From: an uncultured Roseivirgaceae bacterium
Lineage (GTDB): Bacteria; Bacteroidota; Bacteroidia; Cytophagales; Cyclobacteriaceae
NCBI GenBank assembly: GCA_964580205.1
Contig: CAZOJZ010000458.1
Span: 3,298 to 67,297 of the forward strand
Direction: 5' to 3'
DNA length: 64,000 nucleotides
Notes under the pieces: generated by a model
Told to the model about the DNA's origin: nothing
The model's database searches: none
The model's input: only the letters and a program-made list of their open reading frames with translations
Position numbers and translations under genes: made by a program
Shown here: in pieces, positions 49,965 to 58,907 of the stretch
Position numbering within the stretch: the stretch's first letter is position 1
Layout: each line of letters begins with the position of its first letter

Positions 49965-52900
49965 ATGCATAGGATCCTCAATTCGTATCTGCGCCGTCTA
50001 ACCAACTTGACTTCCAGGAACAAGTCGCTGTTGTTACTGAGATTAGCAGCCGGTCGGTTTCTGGATATAAACGAACTGGATTTTCTTAACAAAAAACCCG
50101 CCTTTTCGGTAGTAGAGCAACTTATCAAAAGAAAGCAAGAGGTATTCCTTTGCAGGGTATTGGACAGCCGGGATGAAACCAACAATAAGGTGAGTCAAAA
50201 ACTGAGGAAATTATCACGTTTTGACCGATTTGTACTAGAAGAACGAGGTGCAAAGGATCTTTTCATGGCATGGCCCTTTGCCTGTGGGTCCTTTTCCGAC
50301 GGTACGCCGGTGCGTGCACCTTTGTTGTTTTTCCCGGTGTCCCTGCATATGGAGGAAAACGAGTGGAACCTGAAGGCCAGAACAGATGAATATTGCTATT
50401 TGAACCGGAGTTTTCTACTGGCATATGCACATTTTAATAAAGTCCCGGTTGATGAGCAACTCATGGATTTCAATTTCGAAGAGTTTCCTTCAGATAGTAG
50501 ATCCTTTCGGACGGCCCTCTATGAATTGTTTAAAAATAGTGGTATCGAATTAAATTTCAATCAACAGAATTTTACTGATAATTTGTTGCCATTCAGGACA
50601 TTCAACAAAGCGGAGTATAAAGGACACTTCAAACAAGGAACCATTACCTTGCAGCCTGAGGCAGTGTTGGGGTTGTTTCCGCAGGCAGGATCATATTTGG
50701 TACCGGACTATTTGACTCTACTTGAAGACCAAACAATTTTGGATCTTGGCTCTCTATTCAGTGGCCAGGATTTTGATAGCGACACCCCTGAGTTTGGTTT
50801 TTTGTCATCTTTAAAAGAAGAACAAACCGTAACTCCATTTAAAATTGATGCTTTTCAAGAGAATGCGCTAAAGGCTATAAAATCCGGAAAATCACTGGTG
50901 ATACAAGGGCCACCCGGCACCGGTAAATCCCAACTTATATCCAATGTAATGGCTGACTATGCATCCAGAGGTAAAAGAGTGCTTTTGGTATGTCAGAAAA
51001 GAGCTGCACTGGATGTAGTTTCGGAGAGGTTGCATGAGGTGGGGATGGGCAAATTCATAGCGTTGGTCCACGACTTTAAGAACGACAGAAAAGAACTATA
51101 TGCCCAAATTCTGGAGCAAATTGAAAACCTGGATGATTATAAGCGATTGAACAGCAGCCTGGATGCTATTCAAATGGAAAGACAATTTCTGCAAATTTGT
51201 CGAAGAATAGATCAGATTACCGAAGAGTTTGAAGAGTTTAAGCAGGCGCTTTTTGACCAACAGGAATGTGGAATATCAGTGAAAGAGTTATACCTGACAT
51301 CAGAGTTAGAAGGACCATCGATTAACCTGAAACAAGAATACAAGCATTTCCCCATGATCGAGGCTGAAACATTCAAACGAAAGTTGAATGTTTATAATAA
51401 TTATTGGCAGCAGCTTAATCAACCCGAATTTCTCTGGAAAGATCGCAGGTCATTTCATTCCTTTACTATCAAAGACCTGAAGATAATCAGCAACCTGATT
51501 GACAAGATCAAAAAGTACGCTGACGACATTGTTCAAAAGGCTTCAACATTGTTAAAAACTTCTGTTTCATTTGAGACACTGGAGGAAATTATCAATAATA
51601 AGGAAGACATACTTAAGTTTGTCAATCTAACCAAGGATCCAACGGTATACAGATTTTTTAATCACCAAGTGAATTATAAGGATCTTTACAAGAATCAATT
51701 GGGCCTGGCGAACATCGAACGAGTAGTGCTCGATTGCTATAAAAAGGAGGGCCCTGAAGTAAGCATTCCCACCAGTGAATTAGGTTCGTTTCAGGAGGTT
51801 ATTCAACAAAAAATCGAATCTCGTAAGAATATATTTAAATGGCTTAATTGGAATTTGTTCAGCAAAGAAAAAATGCAATATCAGCGGGTACTCAGAGCCA
51901 ATGGCTTGCTGAATAATCGTGATGGTTTCCGTATGCTGATGGAGAAGATAGATAATCGCCTGAATCTGGAACATAATTTATCGAAACTTAAGGCATATTC
52001 CTGGTTGAAGGAAATACCCGTCACACACAACCAGGTGGATTTCCAAGCCTGGTTTTATTATCAAAAGAAAGCTATTGAAGCACAAAAAATCTTCACTGGC
52101 CAACGCAATTTCAATGAGTACTTTAATGTATCAAAGCTGTCATATGAAGAGCTGAAAAAGTTATTGGAAAAACTATTGACAATACTTGCTGAACTTCCTG
52201 ATAAGAAAAAGGTGTGGTTTAGGTACTTACTGCCAAAACAAATCACATTCATTTTAGGCGATCCAAAATCGAAAAAAAACCTACAAAGATCTTTGAACAA
52301 GGAATTCGAAAATTTATGTGAATTTGATAAACTGGAGCAAAGCTTTACCGCTAGCGAAAAGTCTGCCATTGCAAAACTTTATGAGTTTTATACGGAAAGG
52401 GAGGTGGTCGATGTGGTTACTTTATTTGATAACAGTTTAAAACTGGCCTGGATAGAACATATTGAGGCTAAGTATCCATTGTTGCGAATGGTATCTTCAT
52501 TGAAACTGAAGCAGTTGGAAGAGGAATATCAGGACCAGATAAAAATGAAGTTTGAAATCAGCCGGGAGATATTATTGTTGAAGCTGCGAGAATATGTTTA
52601 CCAGGATGTCAAGTATAATCGGCTAAACAATATGATATCGTACCGGGACCTTCGCCATCAGGTTTCCAAGAAAAGGAGAATTTGGCCCATCCGAAAGCTT
52701 CTGTCTCATTTTAGTGATGAACTTTTCACACTAATCCCATGCTGGCTGGCCAGCCCGGAATCGGTAAGTGCCATTACTCCTATGAAGGTATTGTTTGATT
52801 TGGTAATCTTCGATGAGGCTTCCCAGTGCTTTGCTGAAAAAGGAATTCCTTCCATCTACCGGGCACGCCAGGTAGTTGTCACAGGGGATAGCAAACAGTT

Positions 52901-53969
52901 GACACCAAACGACCTGTATATGATTAGATGGCAAGAAGAGGATCCTGAAGACATTGAGCTTGAAATTGATTCTTTGCTCGACCTTGCTAGCAAGCATTTA
53001 CATCAGGTTCATCTTCAGGGGCATTACAGGAGTAAGTCCCTGGAGCTGATCGCATTTTCCAACCAGCATTTCTACCAGGGGAAATTAAGAATGCTTCCTG
53101 ACTTCCAGGTAATTAAAGAAGGGACACCTGCTATTCAATACATTAAAATCAATGGTATGTGGGAACGGAGCATTAACCAGAATGAAGCTATTGAAGTAGT
53201 AATGCTGGTTGATAAAATATGCAAGGAAACTCCCGATAAAACCATTGGCATTGTAACATTTAATATTCAACAGCAACAATATATTATGGAGTGCCTGGAA
53301 GACCGGGCAATCCAAACCACGCAGCCCATACCCTCCACTTTGATTATAAAGAATATTGAAAATGTACAAGGAGACGAAAAGGATATAATCATTTTCTCTA
53401 TTGGTTACGCGCCTGACAAAAACGGCAAACTGAGTATGAATTTTGGTAGCCTTAATGCAGTTGGAGGAGAAAACCGGTTGAACGTAGCGATAACCCGGGC
53501 GAGAGAGAAGATCTACGTGATTTCCAGCATAATGCCCAAAGACCTTGAAGTTGAGGAAAGTAAAAATGAAGGTCCCAAGTTGCTAAAGAAATACTTAAAT
53601 TATGCCTGGGATATTTCTGAAGGGATTCCTCAACAAGTACCCTTAGGAAATAGTCAGTTTCAAAACACCTGGTATCTAAAGGAAAAGCTTAAAGCTATAA
53701 CATTTCCAAACAACACTTATTTCTTGGAGGAATCGCTCCCATTTGCCGATCTGGTACTACGGCAGAGCAAACAATTTTTGGGCCTGATCCTTACTGATGA
53801 TGACCTCTATCATCAGAGTATATCTGTAAAAGATGCACATGTATATTTACCCTTTATACTAAAAAGTAAAGGTTGGAGGTTCTACGAGGTTTTTAGCAGG
53901 CAATATTGGATAAGTCCAGATGATTTGAAGCAACAGCTTGAGCGATTCGCAGTGAAAGAAGAATTGTGA
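49965..53969 (+). CDS. Large SF1 (Upf1/DNA2-like) helicase with DUF4011-like N-terminus and C-terminal PD-(D/E)xK-like (DUF559/Vsr-like) module
   Basis: The N-terminus reads LTNLTSRNKSLLLLRL. Walker A is GPPGTGKS (50907-50930) and Walker B is IFDEASQC. Motif III is VVTGDSKQLTP, followed by later motifs VQGDEKDIIIFS and RLNVAITRAREKIYVIS. The C-terminal 130 aa carries ADLVL...LILTDDDLYH...KD...L..KGW...V.S..W. Confidence 0.75.
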   Translation: MHRILNSYLRRLTNLTSRNKSLLLLRLAAGRFLDINELDFLNKKPAFSVVEQLIKRKQEVFLCRVLDSRDETNNKVSQKLRKLSRFDRFVLEERGAKDLFMAWPFACGSFSDGTPVRAPLLFFPVSLHMEENEWNLKARTDEYCYLNRSFLLAYAHFNKVPVDEQLMDFNFEEFPSDSRSFRTALYELFKNSGIELNFNQQNFTDNLLPFRTFNKAEYKGHFKQGTITLQPEAVLGLFPQAGSYLVPDYLTLLEDQTILDLGSLFSGQDFDSDTPEFGFLSSLKEEQTVTPFKIDAFQENALKAIKSGKSLVIQGPPGTGKSQLISNVMADYASRGKRVLLVCQKRAALDVVSERLHEVGMGKFIALVHDFKNDRKELYAQILEQIENLDDYKRLNSSLDAIQMERQFLQICRRIDQITEEFEEFKQALFDQQECGISVKELYLTSELEGPSINLKQEYKHFPMIEAETFKRKLNVYNNYWQQLNQPEFLWKDRRSFHSFTIKDLKIISNLIDKIKKYADDIVQKASTLLKTSVSFETLEEIINNKEDILKFVNLTKDPTVYRFFNHQVNYKDLYKNQLGLANIERVVLDCYKKEGPEVSIPTSELGSFQEVIQQKIESRKNIFKWLNWNLFSKEKMQYQRVLRANGLLNNRDGFRMLMEKIDNRLNLEHNLSKLKAYSWLKEIPVTHNQVDFQAWFYYQKKAIEAQKIFTGQRNFNEYFNVSKLSYEELKKLLEKLLTILAELPDKKKVWFRYLLPKQITFILGDPKSKKNLQRSLNKEFENLCEFDKLEQSFTASEKSAIAKLYEFYTEREVVDVVTLFDNSLKLAWIEHIEAKYPLLRMVSSLKLKQLEEEYQDQIKMKFEISREILLLKLREYVYQDVKYNRLNNMISYRDLRHQVSKKRRIWPIRKLLSHFSDELFTLIPCWLASPESVSAITPMKVLFDLVIFDEASQCFAEKGIPSIYRARQVVVTGDSKQLTPNDLYMIRWQEEDPEDIELEIDSLLDLASKHLHQVHLQGHYRSKSLELIAFSNQHFYQGKLRMLPDFQVIKEGTPAIQYIKINGMWERSINQNEAIEVVMLVDKICKETPDKTIGIVTFNIQQQQYIMECLEDRAIQTTQPIPSTLIIKNIENVQGDEKDIIIFSIGYAPDKNGKLSMNFGSLNAVGGENRLNVAITRAREKIYVISSIMPKDLEVEESKNEGPKLLKKYLNYAWDISEGIPQQVPLGNSQFQNTWYLKEKLKAITFPNNTYFLEESLPFADLVLRQSKQFLGLILTDDDLYHQSISVKDAHVYLPFILKSKGWRFYEVFSRQYWISPDDLKQQLERFAVKEEL

Positions 53970-54220
53970 GCTGGGTACCAGTGAACCTCTAAATAAAAGG
54001 ATAAATTAAGGCTTGATCAAAAATTTTTCTTGTTGGCGCAAAAAAATTTCTTCCAAACCGGTTTTGGACTTTTTTACGATAATCGATTCATACGTTTTCA
54101 AGAAATTGTGTTAAACAAGGATTAGGAAATTTTATTCAATATTTTTAGATTTTTTTGGGCTTATCCAAGTCTCAATTAATTTGATTGCTGTTAACGAAAG
54201 GGCTATATTCAATGTAAATA

Positions 54221-55840
54221 ATGCGTTGGACCCACTCTTTTCTGTTCTCACCAGCAAGAAGGACCGATCGGTTTTTCTTGTTTTTTTTATACCTGAGCCC
54301 ATATTGGTTGATCGCCTTTTCCCTTGAGGCCCAGACCCCTGACAGGGCGCCGAACCAGGATAGTATAAACTACTACTTGCAGATTGTAGAAGAAGGTGAA
54401 AAACAAGTGGGAAGGGCGTTGTCTAGTATTGGATATCTCTATCAAAAGGCCGGGAAGTACAATTCCGCAATCGGTTATTTCAATCGTGCTTTACCTCTTT
54501 TAAATGGCGAAGATAAGTCAACAGCAGTTGCCAAAATACATCAGGCCAAAGGAAATATCTACCAGAGGTTTGGAGACCATGCTGAGTCCGAAAGATACTA
54601 CCAATTGGCAAGGACCTCCTATCTCAAAGCTGCTCAAATTATTGAGAATAGCGCCAACCAAACATTACGAATGTCCATAAATCAGAATCTGGCAGATATA
54701 GCTACTAAGAGAAGAAATTACAACAGGGCGGTTATTTACCAGAATAGAGTAATTAAAACACTGGTTAATCTTTATCAGGACTCAATTCAAAGTCAGGCTG
54801 AGAGTTTCAATGACCTGCTTAACAAAGAAATAGAATCTTCGAAAGATACCATTTATATTGAAACTCCGGCCACAACGAAAGTCACCAATTTACTGCCCAT
54901 TACAAATTGGCGTCACATATTAATCTTTTTATTAGCGATTGGTTTATTCATTGCAATGATTGGCTGGATCACACAATACCAAAAGATAAACAGCTTGCAG
55001 GAAGATGTTGAAAATACCCGGGCAGTTCAGAAACAACTGGTAAAGCAAAATGAAGAATTGCAGAGCCTCAATCTGACTTTATCTAAGACAGAAAAGGAAC
55101 AGAGGCGCTCCAATATGACCAAAGACAAACTGTTCTCCATTATAGCGCATGATCTACGAAGCCCTATTAATACAATTTCAGGATTTCTAAACATTTTGGT
55201 GGCCAAGTTGTCCTCTATCGGAGACATTGAGCTGAGATCACTAGCCAATGAAATGATTGAGTCCACAGATCGTGTATCACATTTTCTGGATGATCTTTTA
55301 AGATGGTCAATGTCGCACCTGGGTCAGATTAAACCCAATGTAGAAAAGATCAACCTGAAAAAGTTGGTAGAAGAAAACTATTTATTGGTCAAATCAAGGT
55401 TAAAAGCTAAGAATATACATTTCAAAGCCAGTGTTCCAGATGGCATTGACGTATATGCGGACGTCAACATGCTTCGGTTGATTTTAAGAAATTTAATTAG
55501 TAATGCTATTAAATTTTCCCGACAAGATGGATATATCGCAATAAGCCTTAAATCAGGGGAAGCGGGCACTGCCCTGATTGAAGTAACAGATGACGGCATT
55601 GGTATAAGTGAGGAAAAATTACAGAGCATTTTTGAGTTCAAAGGAAGTGAAATCAATGGTGGGTCTTACCATGAAGGGGCCGGTTTAGGCCTTTTGCTGT
55701 GCAAGGAATTTGCAGCATTTAACGGAGGTGACATTGAAGTAACCAGCAAACTTGGTGAAGGGACTTGTTTCACCATCCATTTACCGGGTCATCCGTCTGA
55801 AACACCGAACGAGCCACCACTGTCTGGAGGCAGGGATTAA
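54221..55840 (+). CDS. Sensor histidine kinase with N-terminal TPR region and single TM
   Basis: TPR-like units are followed by a TM helix (ILIFLLAIGLFIAMIGWI) and a coiled coil. The H-box is FSIIAHDLRSPIN, the N-box is LISNAIKFS, and G1/G2 are DDGIGIS and GAGLGL. Confidence 0.8.
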   Translation: MRWTHSFLFSPARRTDRFFLFFLYLSPYWLIAFSLEAQTPDRAPNQDSINYYLQIVEEGEKQVGRALSSIGYLYQKAGKYNSAIGYFNRALPLLNGEDKSTAVAKIHQAKGNIYQRFGDHAESERYYQLARTSYLKAAQIIENSANQTLRMSINQNLADIATKRRNYNRAVIYQNRVIKTLVNLYQDSIQSQAESFNDLLNKEIESSKDTIYIETPATTKVTNLLPITNWRHILIFLLAIGLFIAMIGWITQYQKINSLQEDVENTRAVQKQLVKQNEELQSLNLTLSKTEKEQRRSNMTKDKLFSIIAHDLRSPINTISGFLNILVAKLSSIGDIELRSLANEMIESTDRVSHFLDDLLRWSMSHLGQIKPNVEKINLKKLVEENYLLVKSRLKAKNIHFKASVPDGIDVYADVNMLRLILRNLISNAIKFSRQDGYIAISLKSGEAGTALIEVTDDGIGISEEKLQSIFEFKGSEINGGSYHEGAGLGLLLCKEFAAFNGGDIEVTSKLGEGTCFTIHLPGHPSETPNEPPLSGGRD

Positions 55841-55890
55841 TGATCAACTCGACGCCTCGGGTGCCCGTACTCTAATGTTCTATTGTTCTA

Positions 55891-56376
55891 TCATTCTATC
55901 GTTCCCACAGCTTTTTCAACCCTCAAACCTATGCTTAGAATTAATGGCAGGGAGTCCTGACGCATGAACTGTTGAATCTTGAATTTGTATAAGCCGTTTT
56001 TAGAAAAACGTTGGTTAGGAATAGCCAGTATTCGGTGATCAAAAATATCACCCAATCCATCTCCCAGGGGTGCACCTGTTATTGGATCAAATAGATCCAT
56101 ATTTTGCAGCGCACTAGATAAGATATTGCCTAGGGAATCCTCCAAAGTATGACGGACATAAAGGTTGTGATAGGGATAAGAAACTGAATTACGAACGTTG
56201 TAATATAAATTGTAGGATAGATCGGATTCTGTTATTTCAAACTCAAATTGCGCAACACTGTCAACCAGCCATAAATTCTTTGAAAAATCAATATTTTTTT
56301 CGTAAACCCTAAGAGGATCGGTGCAGGCAGCCAGAATTAAAAGTGATAGGGACACATAGTAAAGTTTATGAATCAT
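55891..56376 (-). CDS. gldH: Gliding motility lipoprotein GldH
   Basis: The start at ATG 56376 gives a 161-aa lipoprotein (LSLLILAACTD). The size, the GDG.GD loop and the C-terminal ..Q.MR......GI..(V/R)EK pattern fit GldH as I remember it. It overlaps the upstream PSP1 gene by 11 nt, a synteny seen in other Bacteroidota. Confidence 0.6.
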   Translation of the reverse strand: MIHKLYYVSLSLLILAACTDPLRVYEKNIDFSKNLWLVDSVAQFEFEITESDLSYNLYYNVRNSVSYPYHNLYVRHTLEDSLGNILSSALQNMDLFDPITGAPLGDGLGDIFDHRILAIPNQRFSKNGLYKFKIQQFMRQDSLPLILSIGLRVEKAVGTIE

Positions 56377-57505
56377 TTGGTGGCAACTTTTTATTTCTGG
56401 ATCTCTTATGAGGTTTTCTTTTATTCTTTGACCTGTACTTTCTATCCATTCTGTTAAGCTCTTTGTTTGTAGAGATAAAATGATCTTTGCCGTTGGTTCC
56501 CTCATTTGACTCTAGAGTTTCAGGTAAAATATTCCGCTGATTTAAGGCCACGATTTCTTTTACACGAGCACTGGTTACCGGGTGCCAGGAGTTCTCAAGT
56601 TCATAACCGAACCACATAATTTTTTTGAAGATATCGGTCTTTTGTAATTTTGCAAATCCTTTCTTGGTTTGTAATGGACCTTCAAGTTTTGGGATGTCTT
56701 TTAATGCATCCATATAGGTATCTAACTCGTAGTTCAGGCAGCACTTCAGCCTTCCACACTGTCCTGAAAGTTTACTGGGGTTAAGGCTCAAATTTTGATA
56801 CCGGGCAGTGGCCGTTGAAACACTCTTGAAGTCAGTGAGCCAGGTTGAACAGCACAGTTCTCTTCCACATGAACCAATTCCACCTAGCCGGCCGGCTTCC
56901 TGTCGTAAGCTTATCTGACGCATCTCTACCCTGATCTTAAATTCACTAGCCAGGACCCTAATTAATTCTCGATAGTCTATCCGTTCATTCGCAGAATAAT
57001 AAAAAGTGGCTTTGGAATTATCCGCCTGAAATTCCACATCGGAAAGCTTCATGGTCAGGTTCATTTCTTTAATGATTTGTCGGGTACGAATAAGCGTGGG
57101 ATGCTCACGTTTTCTTACCTGGTGATACTTTTCAAGGTCTTTGGAACTGGCAATACGGTATATCTTGCGAATTTTTTCGTCTTCTTTTATTTTCTTTTTT
57201 TGCATTTGCAACCGAACTAATTCTCCCTGCAGGGAGATGTATCCCAGATGATGTCCGTTGGGCACATCAACAATTACTGCGTCTCCAGTAACTACATCAA
57301 ATTGGTCTTGATTGCGATAGAAATCTTTTTTCCCACTTTTAAAACGAACCTCAAGAATATCAAATGTATCAGATTGAGGCATGCCCATATTTGAAAGCCA
57401 ATCAAATACGTTTAGTTTGTTGCAGCCGCCAGTAAGACATCCTCCATTGTTTTGGCAACCAGCCGCTTTTCCTCCGGTTGTTACGCATGAATTGCAACCC
57501 GACAT
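56366..57505 (-). CDS. PSP1 domain protein (RicT/YaaT-like)
   Basis: The PSP1 C-terminal region has a Cys cluster (GSCGRELCCSTWL...GQCGRLKCCLNYE). There is an additional N-terminal Cys/Gly-rich segment and a basic C-terminal tail. Confidence 0.75.
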   Translation of the reverse strand: MSGCNSCVTTGGKAAGCQNNGGCLTGGCNKLNVFDWLSNMGMPQSDTFDILEVRFKSGKKDFYRNQDQFDVVTGDAVIVDVPNGHHLGYISLQGELVRLQMQKKKIKEDEKIRKIYRIASSKDLEKYHQVRKREHPTLIRTRQIIKEMNLTMKLSDVEFQADNSKATFYYSANERIDYRELIRVLASEFKIRVEMRQISLRQEAGRLGGIGSCGRELCCSTWLTDFKSVSTATARYQNLSLNPSKLSGQCGRLKCCLNYELDTYMDALKDIPKLEGPLQTKKGFAKLQKTDIFKKIMWFGYELENSWHPVTSARVKEIVALNQRNILPETLESNEGTNGKDHFISTNKELNRMDRKYRSKNKRKPHKRSRNKKLPPNDS

Positions 57506-57546
57506 AAATTTCTATGAGTGTTAAACTAGCAATTTACAATTTTCTA

Positions 57547-58857
57547 TTACTCAGCCGAAGTTTCCAGTGTATTGTTTACCATAGCCAGAAGGTCCTGTCC
57601 TATATCTTTTCGGTAGTAAACATCCTGCCAATTAATTTGATCTACAGTATCATATGCTGAATCCATTGCATCTTTCAAATTGTTTCCAAAGGCGGTGATG
57701 GCTAAAACCCGGCCTCCATTGGTTAAAGTGTGACCATCTTGAGAAATAGTTCCCGCATGAAATATCAGATTTTCAGTTGGGGTTTCCAGACCTTTGATTA
57801 ACAGACCTTTCGGATAACTTCCGGGATATCCTCCTGAAACCATTACCACTGTACAGGCACTTCTGGAATCAATGGATAGATCAATCTGATCCAAAGTTCC
57901 CTGGGCACATCCCAAAAGCAGGTCTACTAAATCACTGGATATTCGTGGGAATACTACCTGTGTTTCAGGATCCCCCATACGAGCATTGTATTCAATAACC
58001 ATAGGCTCACCATTTACATTAATCAAACCCAAAAATATGAACCCTTTATAATCAATCTGTTCGGTTTTGAGGCCGTTGATGGTAGGTCTTATAATATGTT
58101 CTTCAACTTTTTTCATGAATGCATCATCTGCGAATGGGACCGGGGACACAGCTCCCATTCCCCCGGTATTTGGCCCGCTATCATTTTCTCCTATTCTTTT
58201 ATAATCTTTAGCTGAAGGAAGTATTTTGTATGTATTTCCATCTGTAACAATAAAGACTGATATTTCAACACCACTAAGGAATTCTTCTACCACCACTTTG
58301 GCACTTGCTTTTCCGAATTTTGACTCCAGGAGCATTTCTTTAAAGATCTTTTCCGCCTCATCAAGTGAATTGCAGATCACCACGCCTTTTCCAGCGGCCA
58401 GCCCGTCTGCCTTTAGTACAATAGGGGTGTTTTGTCGTTTGAGATAGTCAAGTCCTTGTTCAAGTTGTGATTGGTCAAAGGTTTCATAGCCAGCGGTAGG
58501 GATTCCGTATTTCACCATAAACTGTTTTGCAAAGTCTTTGCTGCTTTCCAGCATTGCTCCCTTTTTATCAGGTCCAACCAAAGGAACATTGCAAATGTCA
58601 TCCCTTTGTTTAAAATAATCCTTTATACCAAGTGCCAAAGGTACTTCCGGACCGACTACTACCAAATCAATTTTGTTTGCAACTACAAAGTCCCCTATTT
58701 CCGGAAACGACATGGAATCAAGCGGCACATTTTCACCAATCAGACCAGTCCCGGCATTACCAGATCCAATGTACAGTCGTCCACATTTTGGGCTTTGCTT
58801 TAATTTCCAGGCGAATGTATGTTCTCTGCCCCCAGATCCTATAATAAGAATGTTCAT
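57547..58857 (-). CDS. purD: Phosphoribosylamine-glycine ligase
   Basis: The N-terminus reads MNILIIGSGGREH. An ATP-grasp core is present (VLKADGLAAGKGV...EEFL.G.E.S) together with GPNTGGMGA. Confidence 0.9.
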   Translation of the reverse strand: MNILIIGSGGREHTFAWKLKQSPKCGRLYIGSGNAGTGLIGENVPLDSMSFPEIGDFVVANKIDLVVVGPEVPLALGIKDYFKQRDDICNVPLVGPDKKGAMLESSKDFAKQFMVKYGIPTAGYETFDQSQLEQGLDYLKRQNTPIVLKADGLAAGKGVVICNSLDEAEKIFKEMLLESKFGKASAKVVVEEFLSGVEISVFIVTDGNTYKILPSAKDYKRIGENDSGPNTGGMGAVSPVPFADDAFMKKVEEHIIRPTINGLKTEQIDYKGFIFLGLINVNGEPMVIEYNARMGDPETQVVFPRISSDLVDLLLGCAQGTLDQIDLSIDSRSACTVVMVSGGYPGSYPKGLLIKGLETPTENLIFHAGTISQDGHTLTNGGRVLAITAFGNNLKDAMDSAYDTVDQINWQDVYYRKDIGQDLLAMVNNTLETSAE

Positions 58858-58886
58858 ACTTCAAGATAAGTTGTATTCTATGTCAA

Positions 58887-58894
58887 CAAAAATA
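58887..58894 (-). promoter_or_regulatory. Candidate -7 box for purD (TATTTTTG)
   Basis: It matches TAnnTTTG on the minus strand, 30 nt upstream of ATG 58857. Confidence 0.35.
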
Positions 58895-58907
58895 AAGTTG
58901 TGAGGTG

